Shown: positions 7,888 through 14,640 of the stretch, piece by piece | How the letters are laid out: each line of letters starts with the position of its first letter | Position numbering within the stretch: the stretch's first letter is position 1 | DNA from: Thermoplasmatota archaeon | Lineage (GTDB): Archaea > Thermoplasmatota > SW-10-69-26 > JACQPN01 > JAIVGT01 | DNA: 24,000 bases | NCBI GenBank assembly: GCA_036003985.1 | Contig: DASYRW010000313.1 | Location: 8,727 to 32,726, forward strand | Direction: 5' to 3' | Translations under genes and position numbers: made by a program | Notes under the pieces: model-generated | Databases searched by the model: none | What the model saw: the letters and a program-made list of their open reading frames with translations, nothing else | Told to the model about the DNA's origin: nothing

Positions 7888-9468
7888 TTAATCCCGCGAG
7901 GTTTCGGCCCGGGTGCAGGGCCGCTGCGGCAGCGCGAACGTGAAGGTCGCGCCGCGACCCCGGCCCGCGCTGGCGGCCCAGATGCGGCCCTCGTGCTGCT
8001 CGACGAGACCCTTGCAGATGAACAGCCCGAGCCCGGTGCCGCGCTCCGTGACCTCGTGGGCCTCGTGGACCTGGCTGAAGGGCTTGAACAGCCGCGCCAG
8101 CTCCTCGGGCGCGAGGCCGCGGCCCGTGTCCTCCACCGCCACGAGCGCCTCGCCCGCGCCGCGCGTGGTGCGCACGGCGACGCGGCCGCCGGCCGGCGTG
8201 AACTTGAGCGCGTTCGTGATCAGGTTGAAGAGCACCTGCGTGATGCGGTGCGCGTCCGCCACGACGTCGGCCGGGGGCCCCAGCTCCGCGACGAGGGCCA
8301 CGCCCCGATCGGCCGCCGCGCCTTGGAACGACTGCAGGGCGTCCTGCACGAGGCGGTTCAGCTCGAGCGGCGCGCGCTCCACGCGCAGCCTGCCCGCCTG
8401 GAGTTGCGCGACGTCCTTCAGGTCGGCGACGAGCCGGCTGAGCTGCTCCAGGTTGCGGTCGAGCATCGCCAGCGCGCGGTCGTGGTCGCCAACGGCGTCG
8501 GCCCCGAGGGCGCGGCGCAGCAGGTGCAGCTGGATCTTGATCGGCGTGAGGGGCGTCGCGAGGTCGTGGCTGATGTTGTTGATGAGCTGGGTGCGGAAGC
8601 GGTCGTGCTCGCGCAACTGCTCCATCGCACGCTGCAGCTCCAGTTGCTGGCGCTTGCGGTCGGTGATGTCGCGGAAGTACCAGCCGCGACCGTAGTACGT
8701 TCCATCGCGGCCATGGACGGGCGTGCTCCAGCGTTCGAACACGCGGCCGTCCTTGAACCGCACCTCGTCGCGCGTCTCGGCGTCCGGGTGGTCGAAGAGC
8801 CACTCGATCTTGGCGATGAACTCATCCGGGTGCTCGAGCTTCTCCAGCACCGAGCGCAGGGCTTGCTCGTCGCTGCCGCCGCGCTGGAGGAGGTCCTCGG
8901 GCACGCCCCACATCTCGAGGAACCGGCCGTTCATCGACACGACCTTGCTCGCCGCGTCCACGATCAGGATGCCGTCGATGCTCGCCTCGTTCTGGCTCTC
9001 GAGCAGCGCCTTCTCGAAGTGCAGCTCTTGCTCGGCCTGGCGCCGCGAGGCGATGTCGCGCAGCAGCAGGAGCCAGCAGGCCGGCGCGGGCCCCGCCGGC
9101 AGCAGCGTGCCCTCGAGGGGCAGCGCGCTCCCGTCGGCGCGGCGGCCGTCGAGCTCCAGGCTCGTGCCGGCCGGCCTCGGGCCGCGCAGGGCCTCGCCGA
9201 GCGCGGCGCCGTCGCGGGGCGCGAGCCATCGGTCCATGGGCCCGCCCAGCAGCTCGGGCATCGCGGCGCCGAACAGGTCGAGGGCGCGCAGGTTCGCGTC
9301 GAGGACGCGCGCATCCGCGTCGAGGAGGAGCGCGGGCGCGGCGAGGTCGCCGGGCGCGCCCGCCCAACGGCCAGGCTGGGCCAGCGGCGCGAGCTCGGCG
9401 CCCGCCTTCGCCATGGCGCTGCGGAGCCGCGGGGGGTGAGGCGGGATGCGGCCAGGGCCAGCGCTCAT
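7888..9468 (-). CDS. cytoplasmic sensor histidine kinase (PAS-PAS-HisKA-HATPase_c)
   Basis: 3' half of the 1047-aa track ORF 7888..11031. From the ATG at 9468 (MSAGPGR...) there are two PAS-like segments, an H-box NNISHDLATPLTPIK, an N-box VLFNLITNALKFT, a G1 box VEDTGRGL and a G2 box GTGLGLFICKGL. No TM segment seen. The start ATG overlaps the stop of the upstream gene (ATGA). An alternative ATG lies at 9414. Confidence 0.9.
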   Translation of the reverse strand: MSAGPGRIPPHPPRLRSAMAKAGAELAPLAQPGRWAGAPGDLAAPALLLDADARVLDANLRALDLFGAAMPELLGGPMDRWLAPRDGAALGEALRGPRPAGTSLELDGRRADGSALPLEGTLLPAGPAPACWLLLLRDIASRRQAEQELHFEKALLESQNEASIDGILIVDAASKVVSMNGRFLEMWGVPEDLLQRGGSDEQALRSVLEKLEHPDEFIAKIEWLFDHPDAETRDEVRFKDGRVFERWSTPVHGRDGTYYGRGWYFRDITDRKRQQLELQRAMEQLREHDRFRTQLINNISHDLATPLTPIKIQLHLLRRALGADAVGDHDRALAMLDRNLEQLSRLVADLKDVAQLQAGRLRVERAPLELNRLVQDALQSFQGAAADRGVALVAELGPPADVVADAHRITQVLFNLITNALKFTPAGGRVAVRTTRGAGEALVAVEDTGRGLAPEELARLFKPFSQVHEAHEVTERGTGLGLFICKGLVEQHEGRIWAASAGRGRGATFTFALPQRPCTRAETSRD

Positions 9469-10451
9469 AGCGGGTGCTCCACGGTCGGGCCCGTCCACAG
9501 GCTGGGGGGGTTCGCCTGGCAGTAGGCCAGCCGCGCCGGGGCGGGGTCGGGGCTGTTGGGCGTCTGGAAGCCCTGCGCGACGCTCCAGGCATAGTCCTGC
9601 ATGGCCGCGTCGTGGGCGGCGCGCGCCTCGGGCGTGGGCAGGCCCTCGATGGCGAGCGCATTGGCCCACGACCCCTCGCGCCAGCCCGCGATGGGCTCGA
9701 TGGTCAGCCACGTCGCGGTGTCGCCGGCCCGGGACGTGTGGGTCTTGCTGTAGGTGGGCGGCGAGGGTGGCGTCGGCCCGTCGTAGAGCGCGAGGTAGTA
9801 GGCGGCGTCGTCGCTGTCGTCCGCGAGCACGTGGTTGATGCGGTCCATGTCGGGCTTGCGGCTGTGGCCGTTGGCATCCGTGGTGCCGAGGGTCGCGATG
9901 GCCACGCCGAGGTCGTAGTTGACGTGGGCGTTGATCCCGAGGAACTCGTCCTGCAGCACGCTCGTGTGCAGGCCGCTGCCCGCGCGGAAGGCCTCCTGCC
10001 AGCCTTTCTGCACGTGCGCGACGTCGCCGGCTTTCCAGTGGTTCCACGCGTCCAGGTACAGCGACGCGAACACGGTCGTGATCGTGGCGAGGTAGTCGTT
10101 GTCGTCGAAGTAGCCCTGCAGGACGTGCTCGCGCACGCTCCACGTCATCGTGAGGTACAGGAGCGCGAAGACCGCGTTGCCATCGCAGGCCCCGTCGAGC
10201 TGTGCCCAGTGCTTCGTCATGATCTTGGCCGTGCGGTCGAGGCGCTTCAGCTCGGGGTGGGTCGCGTAGATCGGATCGCTCGAAGGCTGCACACCGAGGC
10301 TGATTTCCGCGTCGGTGAGCCACGCGTCGGCCTCCGCGGGCGTGCGGATCACGAGAACATCTGGGATGTACACGTACAGGGACGCGCCTCCTGGCGCCAC
10401 CACCAAGCCGGCCGCGGCGACGGCCAGCGCTGCGAGCGCGGTGCGGTGCAA
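9465..10451 (-). CDS. secreted hypothetical protein, DUF5995-like (assignment from memory)
   Basis: 328 aa. N-terminal signal-like segment HRTALAALAVAAAGLVVAPGGA. Core motifs FALLYLTMTWSVREHV, FASLYLDAWNHW and LGINAHVNYDLGVA resemble DUF5995-type proteins. The start codon at 10451 is TTG, preceded by GGGGGAG. High GC3. Confidence 0.7.
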   Translation of the reverse strand: MHRTALAALAVAAAGLVVAPGGASLYVYIPDVLVIRTPAEADAWLTDAEISLGVQPSSDPIYATHPELKRLDRTAKIMTKHWAQLDGACDGNAVFALLYLTMTWSVREHVLQGYFDDNDYLATITTVFASLYLDAWNHWKAGDVAHVQKGWQEAFRAGSGLHTSVLQDEFLGINAHVNYDLGVAIATLGTTDANGHSRKPDMDRINHVLADDSDDAAYYLALYDGPTPPSPPTYSKTHTSRAGDTATWLTIEPIAGWREGSWANALAIEGLPTPEARAAHDAAMQDYAWSVAQGFQTPNSPDPAPARLAYCQANPPSLWTGPTVEHPL

Positions 10452-10649
10452 GGCCGCTCCCCCTGTCCGTCCACTGGAGCGGTCGCTCCCGGGACTTAGG
10501 CCTTCGCCGCAAACGCCGGCGCGCGCCGCGGGAACAGGGCCGCGCCGTGGACCCGGAGGGCCGGACGGGGCGCCCCGCGGGGGACCGTGCGGTGGCCAGG
10601 CAACATGCGCGGGCCACCCTCTTTAGGCGGGGAGCGCGCTCCGCCCCCG

Positions 10650-11000
10650 ATGGCCGCGACCCTCGACGACCTCCGCCGCGACCTGAGGGCCTTCGTCGCG
10701 GCGCGCGACTGGGCGCAGTTCCACAGCCCGAAGAACCTCGCCGCGAGCGTCGCCATCGAGGCCGGCGAGCTGTTGGAGCAGTTCCAATGGACCGACCCTC
10801 GGCCGGAGGAGGTGATGGCCGACCCCGCCTGGCGGGAGCGCGTCGAGGACGAGCTGGCGGATGTGGCGTTGCTCGCGCTGACCCTGTCGGAGCGGCTGGG
10901 CATCCGGCTCGAGGACGCGATGCAGCGCAAGCTGCGGCGGAACGAGGCGCGCTACCCCGCGAGCGAGTACCGCGGCAGCGCGCGGAAGGCGCCGAAGTAG
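10650..11000 (+). CDS. MazG-like nucleotide pyrophosphohydrolase (small all-alpha NTP-PPase)
   Basis: Internal ATG of track ORF 10587..11000: MAATLDDLRRDLRAFVAARDWAQFHSPKNLAASVAIEAGELLEQFQW...VEDELADVALLALTLSERLGI...KLRRNEARYP. It has the EAGELLE and ELADV metal-binding pattern of MazG-like domains. A CTCTTTAGG box lies at 10619-10627, 22 nt upstream. Confidence 0.8.
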   Translation: MAATLDDLRRDLRAFVAARDWAQFHSPKNLAASVAIEAGELLEQFQWTDPRPEEVMADPAWRERVEDELADVALLALTLSERLGIRLEDAMQRKLRRNEARYPASEYRGSARKAPK

Positions 11001-11078
11001 GTTCGGCGTGTTCGGTCCACCCTCCCCTCAAAGGCCTCGTAGGCGAACCTTCCGTCCCAAGGGTGGGCGGGCATCAAA

Positions 11079-11954
11079 CTACGAAGCGCTTGGCCCGCCG
11101 ATGTCGAACCCGGGCTCCTGGCCCTCGGGCGCGCCGCGCGCAACCTGCAGCGCGGGGTCCGCCAGCGCGCCGTACGCTTCGGGCCGCCGCCGGGGCAGGC
11201 TGAGGCTCCGCCGGCGCTCCTCGCGCAGCTGGTCGAGGTCCAAGTCGGCGAGCACGACCTCTTCGCCCAGCTCGTCGCGCGCCTCGGCGAGCATGCCCCA
11301 CGGCGCCGCGACGAGCGAGCGCCCGACGAGCCGGCCAGGCCCAGGACCGCTGACGCTGCCCGCCTTGAGCACGAAGCAAGCATTGTCGTAGGCGCGCGCG
11401 ACGAACATCGCCTTGCGCGCGTCCTTGCCCCGATCGTTGGGCTTGAGCCAGCTCATGACCGGCACGAGCAGCACCTCCGCCCCGCGCAGCGCGAGGATGC
11501 GCACGCCCTCGGGGTGCAGCACGTCGGCGCACACCACGCCGCCGACGCGCGCGCCCTGCCACGCGAAGGGAACGAGGTCATGGGCGGGCAACACGCCCCA
11601 GCGTTCCTCGGTCGGCATCGGATGCAGCTTGTCCTGCTGCCCCACCAGCGCGCCGCGGTCGAACACGAACAGCGTATTGTGCAGGTGGCCCTCGTGCCGC
11701 GCGAGCGCGTTGCCCGCGATCGCGAGGCCGAGGTCGCGGCTGATGTCCTGCACCGCCTCGCGCGCGCCCGCGCTCAAGCCCTCGGGGTCGCGCGGGGGGC
11801 CGTCGCCCCGCGGCAGGAACCAATACTCGGGAAGCAGCGCCAGCTGCGCGCCTGCGGTCGCGGCGTGCGAGGCCATCGCGCCGGCGTGGGCCCACGCCTC
11901 CTTGGGGCTGGGCTTCAAGGCCATCTGCAGGCAGGCCGCGCGCACCGCCGTCAC
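11079..11954 (-). CDS. carbon-nitrogen hydrolase (nitrilase superfamily)
   Basis: Track ORF 11079..12038. It begins with the VRAACLQM pattern typical of the family and has the Glu-Lys-Cys triad context: LLPEYWF, QDKLHPM and GGVVCADVLHPE. I prefer the GTG at 11954 because the ATG at 12038 would overlap the divergent gene start and leave no promoter. Confidence 0.85.
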   Translation of the reverse strand: MTAVRAACLQMALKPSPKEAWAHAGAMASHAATAGAQLALLPEYWFLPRGDGPPRDPEGLSAGAREAVQDISRDLGLAIAGNALARHEGHLHNTLFVFDRGALVGQQDKLHPMPTEERWGVLPAHDLVPFAWQGARVGGVVCADVLHPEGVRILALRGAEVLLVPVMSWLKPNDRGKDARKAMFVARAYDNACFVLKAGSVSGPGPGRLVGRSLVAAPWGMLAEARDELGEEVVLADLDLDQLREERRRSLSLPRRRPEAYGALADPALQVARGAPEGQEPGFDIGGPSAS

Positions 11955-12036
11955 GCTGCCGGCGAGGGCCGGCGCGGGACAAGGAGCTTTCGCACCCGCC
12001 GGAAACCTTTCGTGCCCCGCTCGCGTTGGGGCGAGC

Positions 12037-12252
12037 ATGGACGCCGTGCCCCTCGCGGCCCTCGCGGGCGAGCGCGTGCTGGGCTGGCGCGTCCTCGACG
12101 GCGCGCTCTGGCTGCGGACGCCGCGCGGCGAGGTGCCCTGCGTGTGCGACTGCGGCCGCGTTCACCTGCTGCCGGACGAGGACGCAGACGCGCAGCAACT
12201 CCACCTGCGCTGCCACGGCTGCGGCCGCGTGGCGCGGCTCGCGATGGCCTAG
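12037..12252 (+). CDS. small zinc-ribbon-like protein (71 aa)
   Basis: 3' part of track ORF 11413..12252: MDAVPLAALAGERVLGWRVLDGALWLRTPRGEVPCVCDCGRVHLLPDEDADAQQLHLRCHGCGRVARLAMA. It carries CxC and CxxC pairs. An AAACCTTT box at 12003-12010 lies 26 nt upstream of the ATG. GC3 is high. Confidence 0.5.
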   Translation: MDAVPLAALAGERVLGWRVLDGALWLRTPRGEVPCVCDCGRVHLLPDEDADAQQLHLRCHGCGRVARLAMA

Positions 12253-12292
12253 GCCCGGCAAGCTTTTGCGCGCGGCGCGCGATGGCGCCCCG

Positions 12293-13189
12293 ATGATCCT
12301 CGGCTCGCACGTCAGCGTCGCGGGCGGCCCCGAGCACGCCTTCGGCCACGCCGCCGAGATCGGATGCGACGCGATCCAGGTCTTCGTCAAGCCCCCGCGC
12401 AAGCTCCGCGGCATCAAGGACTTCACCCCCGAGCAGATCCATGCTTGGGAAGCGGCGCGCGCGACGAGCAAGGTCCAGGCCATCGTGGTCCACGCGAACT
12501 ACCTCATCAACCTCGCCGGCCAGGGGCACACGGGCGAGTACAGCCGCGAGGCTTTGCTGGACGAGATGAAGCGCGCCCACGAGCTGCGCATCGGCACGGT
12601 CATCTTCCACCCCGGCCAGCACTTCGGCGGCGGCGAGGAGAAGGGCCTGAGGACCATCGCGAAGAACCTGCAGTGGTGCCTCAAGAAGGGCAAGGACTAC
12701 GGCGACGTCACCATCGCGCTGGAGAACATGGCGGGCCAGGGCACGATGCTGGGCTATGACTTGCAGCAGCTGCGCACGATCATCGACCTCACCGGCGAGC
12801 CGCGCCGCTTCGGCGTGTGCATCGACACGTGCCACACGCTCGCGGCCGGCTACGACCTGCAAACCCGGGAGGGATACGCGAAGACGATGGAGCTGGTCGA
12901 AGCGCTCTTCGACGACACCACCGCCGGCGTGCGCGCGTTCCACGTCAACGACTCCAAGACCCCGAGGGGCAGCCGCGTGGACCGCCACGCCGAGATCACC
13001 AAGGGCACGATGGGCGCCGCGGGGTTCAAGTTGCTGCTGCAGGACCCGCGCTGGCGCGATGCGCCCGGCGTGCTCGAGACGCCGCACGACGACAACAAGG
13101 GCTTCGCGAAGGACCTGAAGCGCCTGCGCAAGCTCGAGGCCGAGCCGCTGACCGACAAGGATCTCCCGAGGCAGCGTGTGCTCGGGTAG
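12293..13189 (+). CDS. nfo: deoxyribonuclease IV / endonuclease IV (AP endonuclease family 2)
   Basis: Internal ATG of track ORF 12026..13189: MILGSHVSVAGG...CDAIQVFVKPPR...IVVHANYLINLA...IFHPG...IALENMAGQG...GVCIDTCHTLAAGYD...AFHVNDSK...GSRVDRHAEI..G. These are the canonical Nfo metal-ligand motifs. A GCTTTTG box at 12262-12268 lies 24 nt upstream. Confidence 0.93.
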   Translation: MILGSHVSVAGGPEHAFGHAAEIGCDAIQVFVKPPRKLRGIKDFTPEQIHAWEAARATSKVQAIVVHANYLINLAGQGHTGEYSREALLDEMKRAHELRIGTVIFHPGQHFGGGEEKGLRTIAKNLQWCLKKGKDYGDVTIALENMAGQGTMLGYDLQQLRTIIDLTGEPRRFGVCIDTCHTLAAGYDLQTREGYAKTMELVEALFDDTTAGVRAFHVNDSKTPRGSRVDRHAEITKGTMGAAGFKLLLQDPRWRDAPGVLETPHDDNKGFAKDLKRLRKLEAEPLTDKDLPRQRVLG

Positions 13190-13252
13190 GCGCGGGCGGC
13201 GGCTGCATAGCCTTATGGGTCGCACAGCCCGTCGCAGACTGGGAGGTTTCCG

Positions 13253-13465
13253 ATGCGTGTCCTCATCCCCGTGCTGCTGCTGGCCGCTGCGCTTCCGGCG
13301 CTTTCGCCAAGCGCGTCGGCGTGCCATATCGTGCTGCCCCTCGATGTGGAATGGTCCGACGGCGGCAAGAGCTGGGTGCATGTGTACTACGACAGCTGCC
13401 TCCACATGCTCTGCGTCGACAGCGCCTTCGGGCTGCTGGCGATCCACGAGTGCGCGCCCGGCTAG
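13253..13465 (+). CDS. small secreted Cys-containing protein (70 aa)
   Basis: MRVLIPVLLLAAALPALSPSASA is a signal-peptide-like N-terminus. The mature part has 4 Cys. A GGAGG lies 6 nt upstream of the ATG (13242-13246). No family recognised. Confidence 0.5.
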   Translation: MRVLIPVLLLAAALPALSPSASACHIVLPLDVEWSDGGKSWVHVYYDSCLHMLCVDSAFGLLAIHECAPG

Positions 13466-14455
13466 CTAGCGGATCCCGAACAGCGCCTGGCCCAGCAGCA
13501 GCACCGCGAGCAACCGCAGCGCGAAGCCGGCGAAGACGGCCAGCAGGAACGGCCTCAGCCGCAGCCCCATGCCGCTGAACAGGTAGACGGGGACGATGTC
13601 GAAGGGGCTGAACGGCACGGCCAGCATGAGGCCCAGCGCCGCGTACCCAAACCGGCGCGCGAACCGCTCCGCCCGGGCCATGAATGCGCGCGTGAGCCGG
13701 CTCCGCGCCTCGAGTTTCGCGACGCCCGCGCGCAGCGCGGGGCCGAGCGCGTAGATGATCCAGGCTCCTGCCGCCTTGCCCGCCGCGCTCGACAGCACCA
13801 CCAGCCAGATGCCCAAGGTGCCCACCGACGCGAGCGCGATCGGCTCGACGGGGATCGGCAGGAAGAGGTTCGTGCCCATCGAGGCGAAGTAGAGCGTGAA
13901 CAGCACGTTCCACGCGACGCTCAGCCGCGGCGAGGCAAGCGCAAGCCCGAGCAGGCCCACGAGCCACACCCAGACCGTGCTGAGCAGCACCAGGAACAGC
14001 AGCGTGCGCTGCATGCGCGGCGTGAGGAGCTGCGGGTGCCGGACTGCGCGCGCGAAGTCGCGGCGCGTCGCGGGGTCGCTGAAGATGTCCACGACCTCGT
14101 GGTACTGCTTCCACACGACGTCGGCGAAGCGGTTCGCGGCGCGGCCCGGGTGGCCCAGGCGGTGCAACCGTTCGCCCGTGGCGCCGAGGGGGTGGCCCTC
14201 GAGGCGGGTCGTGCTCGTGACCACCACCTGGCCGCCCTCGACGCGCACGAGGTCCTGGAGCAGCAGGTGCTCGCGGTCGGCGAGGATGTGGCCGTGCTCG
14301 ATCCGGAACTCGCCCGGGGCTGGCAGCGGCGTGGCCACCCACGACGTGGGGACGGACTCGCCGCCCTCCAGCAAGCCGGTCTCCCAGTCCTCGCGCTCGC
14401 CGCGGGGGCCGCGCTCCAGCCGGAGCCGCACGCGGACGCGCAGCGGAGGGGCCAT
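13466..14455 (-). CDS. membrane protein: about 150-aa N-terminal soluble domain of unknown family plus C-terminal VTT/DedA (SNARE-associated) domain
   Basis: 329 aa. The C-terminal half has several TM helices with the DedA/VTT-like re-entrant signatures NLFLPIPVEPIALASVG and AVPFSPFDIVPVYLFSGMG. The N-terminal domain is unrecognised. High GC3. Confidence 0.75.
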   Translation of the reverse strand: MAPPLRVRVRLRLERGPRGEREDWETGLLEGGESVPTSWVATPLPAPGEFRIEHGHILADREHLLLQDLVRVEGGQVVVTSTTRLEGHPLGATGERLHRLGHPGRAANRFADVVWKQYHEVVDIFSDPATRRDFARAVRHPQLLTPRMQRTLLFLVLLSTVWVWLVGLLGLALASPRLSVAWNVLFTLYFASMGTNLFLPIPVEPIALASVGTLGIWLVVLSSAAGKAAGAWIIYALGPALRAGVAKLEARSRLTRAFMARAERFARRFGYAALGLMLAVPFSPFDIVPVYLFSGMGLRLRPFLLAVFAGFALRLLAVLLLGQALFGIR

Positions 14456-14456
14456 G

Positions 14457-14594
14457 TCACCGCCTGCGCCGCCGCAGCGTGCCCAGCCGAAACAGGGCGC
14501 CCAGGACCATGGCGCCCAGCCGGCGGCGCGCGAGCTTGCCCTCGCGGAAGCTCTCGCTCTGGATCTGCGTGAGCTTCTCGTCGAACTGGGTCAT
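14457..14594 (-). CDS. possible 45-aa ORF (below the track cutoff), amphipathic N-terminus plus a short hydrophobic, Arg-rich C-terminus
   Basis: Read by hand: MTQFDEKLTQIQSESFREGKLARRRLGAMVLGALFRLGTLRRRRR. Almost every codon ends in G/C. The stop TGA (14459-14457) is 1 nt before the ATG of the VTT gene. A GGCTTTAGCC box (14618-14627) lies 23 nt upstream, the spacing seen at the other promoters here. Confidence 0.4.
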   Translation of the reverse strand: MTQFDEKLTQIQSESFREGKLARRRLGAMVLGALFRLGTLRRRRR

Positions 14595-14640
14595 CGGCTG
14601 GCGCAAGCTCAGCCAAGGCTAAAGCCTTGCGCGCGCGGCC

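Noticed and set aside
9469-11031. The N-terminal 520 aa of the 1047-aa ORF 7888..11031, as if the histidine kinase were twice as long.
   Set aside because: The extension is Arg/Pro/Ala junk and overlaps the well-supported DUF5995-like gene in another frame. The kinase domains all lie downstream of the ATG at 9468, which forms an ATGA overlap with the upstream stop.
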